Shown here piece after piece: positions 63,411 through 64,000 of a DNA stretch of 64,000 bases. Source of the DNA: Takakia lepidozioides (lineage: Eukaryota; Plantae; Bryophyta); contig CM060733.1 in assembly GCA_030704615.1 (NCBI GenBank), positions 34,224,001 through 34,288,000 of the forward strand, written 5' to 3'. Numbering within the stretch: position 1 is the stretch's first letter; each line of letters begins with the position of its first letter. Below the pieces are notes generated by a model. It did not search any database, was not told the DNA's origin, and was given only the letters and a program-made list of their open reading frames with translations. The translations under genes and the position numbers were made by a program.

Positions 63411-64000
63411 CTATCCCAAGCAGTGTGGACATAACCAATCTCCATCAGGAACCCTCTCAAGAGGTGGTGTCAAGCATCCCATGTGCCAACCTCTTGAGCA
63501 TCGATCACACACCAGCATAGTGGCGGCACCACGAGCATGCCCACATAGCATGCAACGCAATCCTGCAGGTACCACTGCAAGGTTGGGATCTATCATCCCA
63601 TCCACATGTGGAAGGTGACATGGCGCACAATTACGCACATGGTCCTTCCATACCATGTCATCTCGACCCTTCAGAATCAACACTCCTGAAGACAACACCT
63701 CCATGACCCTTAGAATCACACGTCCTGTTGTGACATCCAAGGTCGTAGACGTTGTCTGCTGCAGATACACAGAGTCCCCAGGGTGGAAACGCCAAACACC
63801 TGGCCGATATCCCCCTCCACGTATAGTGACATACCTCAATGTGTCTCGGTGTTGGGCAATAGCAAGATTCTCAAAAGCCATAGGCATGACTCTCTTGAAC
63901 AACTCTGCCTGCTGGGCACATGCTTGTGTCTACACATCCGGATCATCAAGGTTGAGGACTACTGCAGCCTCCTTGCGAGTAGACGCAGGCCAATCTGACT
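63411..64000 (-). pseudogene. Integrase C-terminus plus PHD finger of upstream copy A (runs off the window)
   Basis: AFENLAIAQHRDTLRY...CAPCHLP...CMLCGHARGAATMLVCDRCSRGWHMGCLTPPLERVPDGDWLCPHCLG. Confidence 0.9.

Noticed and set aside
47806-64000. DIRS/Ngaro (tyrosine-recombinase) element, suggested by the methyltransferase and inverted or split repeats
   Set aside because: It has a DDE integrase, protease and PPT, and the MTase is C5-type. The inverted repeats are explained by an inversion and tandem copies.

Overview
Eukaryotic nuclear DNA, most likely from a non-seed land plant (bryophyte/lycophyte/fern-like; species not determinable by eye). It holds one intact intronless plant membrane-protein gene (354-1463) and an intron-containing RPL17 pseudogene; most of the rest is nested, decayed transposable elements. 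These are a Ty1/copia element, an L1-type LINE, two copies of a tRNA-derived SINE, a Tcn1-like chromovirus nested in the copia gag, a young 10.35-kb non-chromovirus Ty3/gypsy element with extra ORFs, a P-element-like DDE transposase pseudogene and a 120-bp satellite. The standout is 47.8-64 kb: several pieces of one Ty3/gypsy family whose polyprotein reconstructs as Gag-ZnK-PR-[C5 DNA methyltransferase]-RT-RNaseH-IN-[PHD finger]. It has a probable self-priming PBS, and both copies carry a stop codon between the methyltransferase and RT in the plant leaky-stop context (TAG/TAA-CAA-CCA). Two local inversions (about 11.3 kb and 5.3 kb) can be reconstructed from split elements; the first is confirmed by a target-site duplication. 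Boundaries were read by eye; those not fixed by TSDs or LTR termini are approximate.
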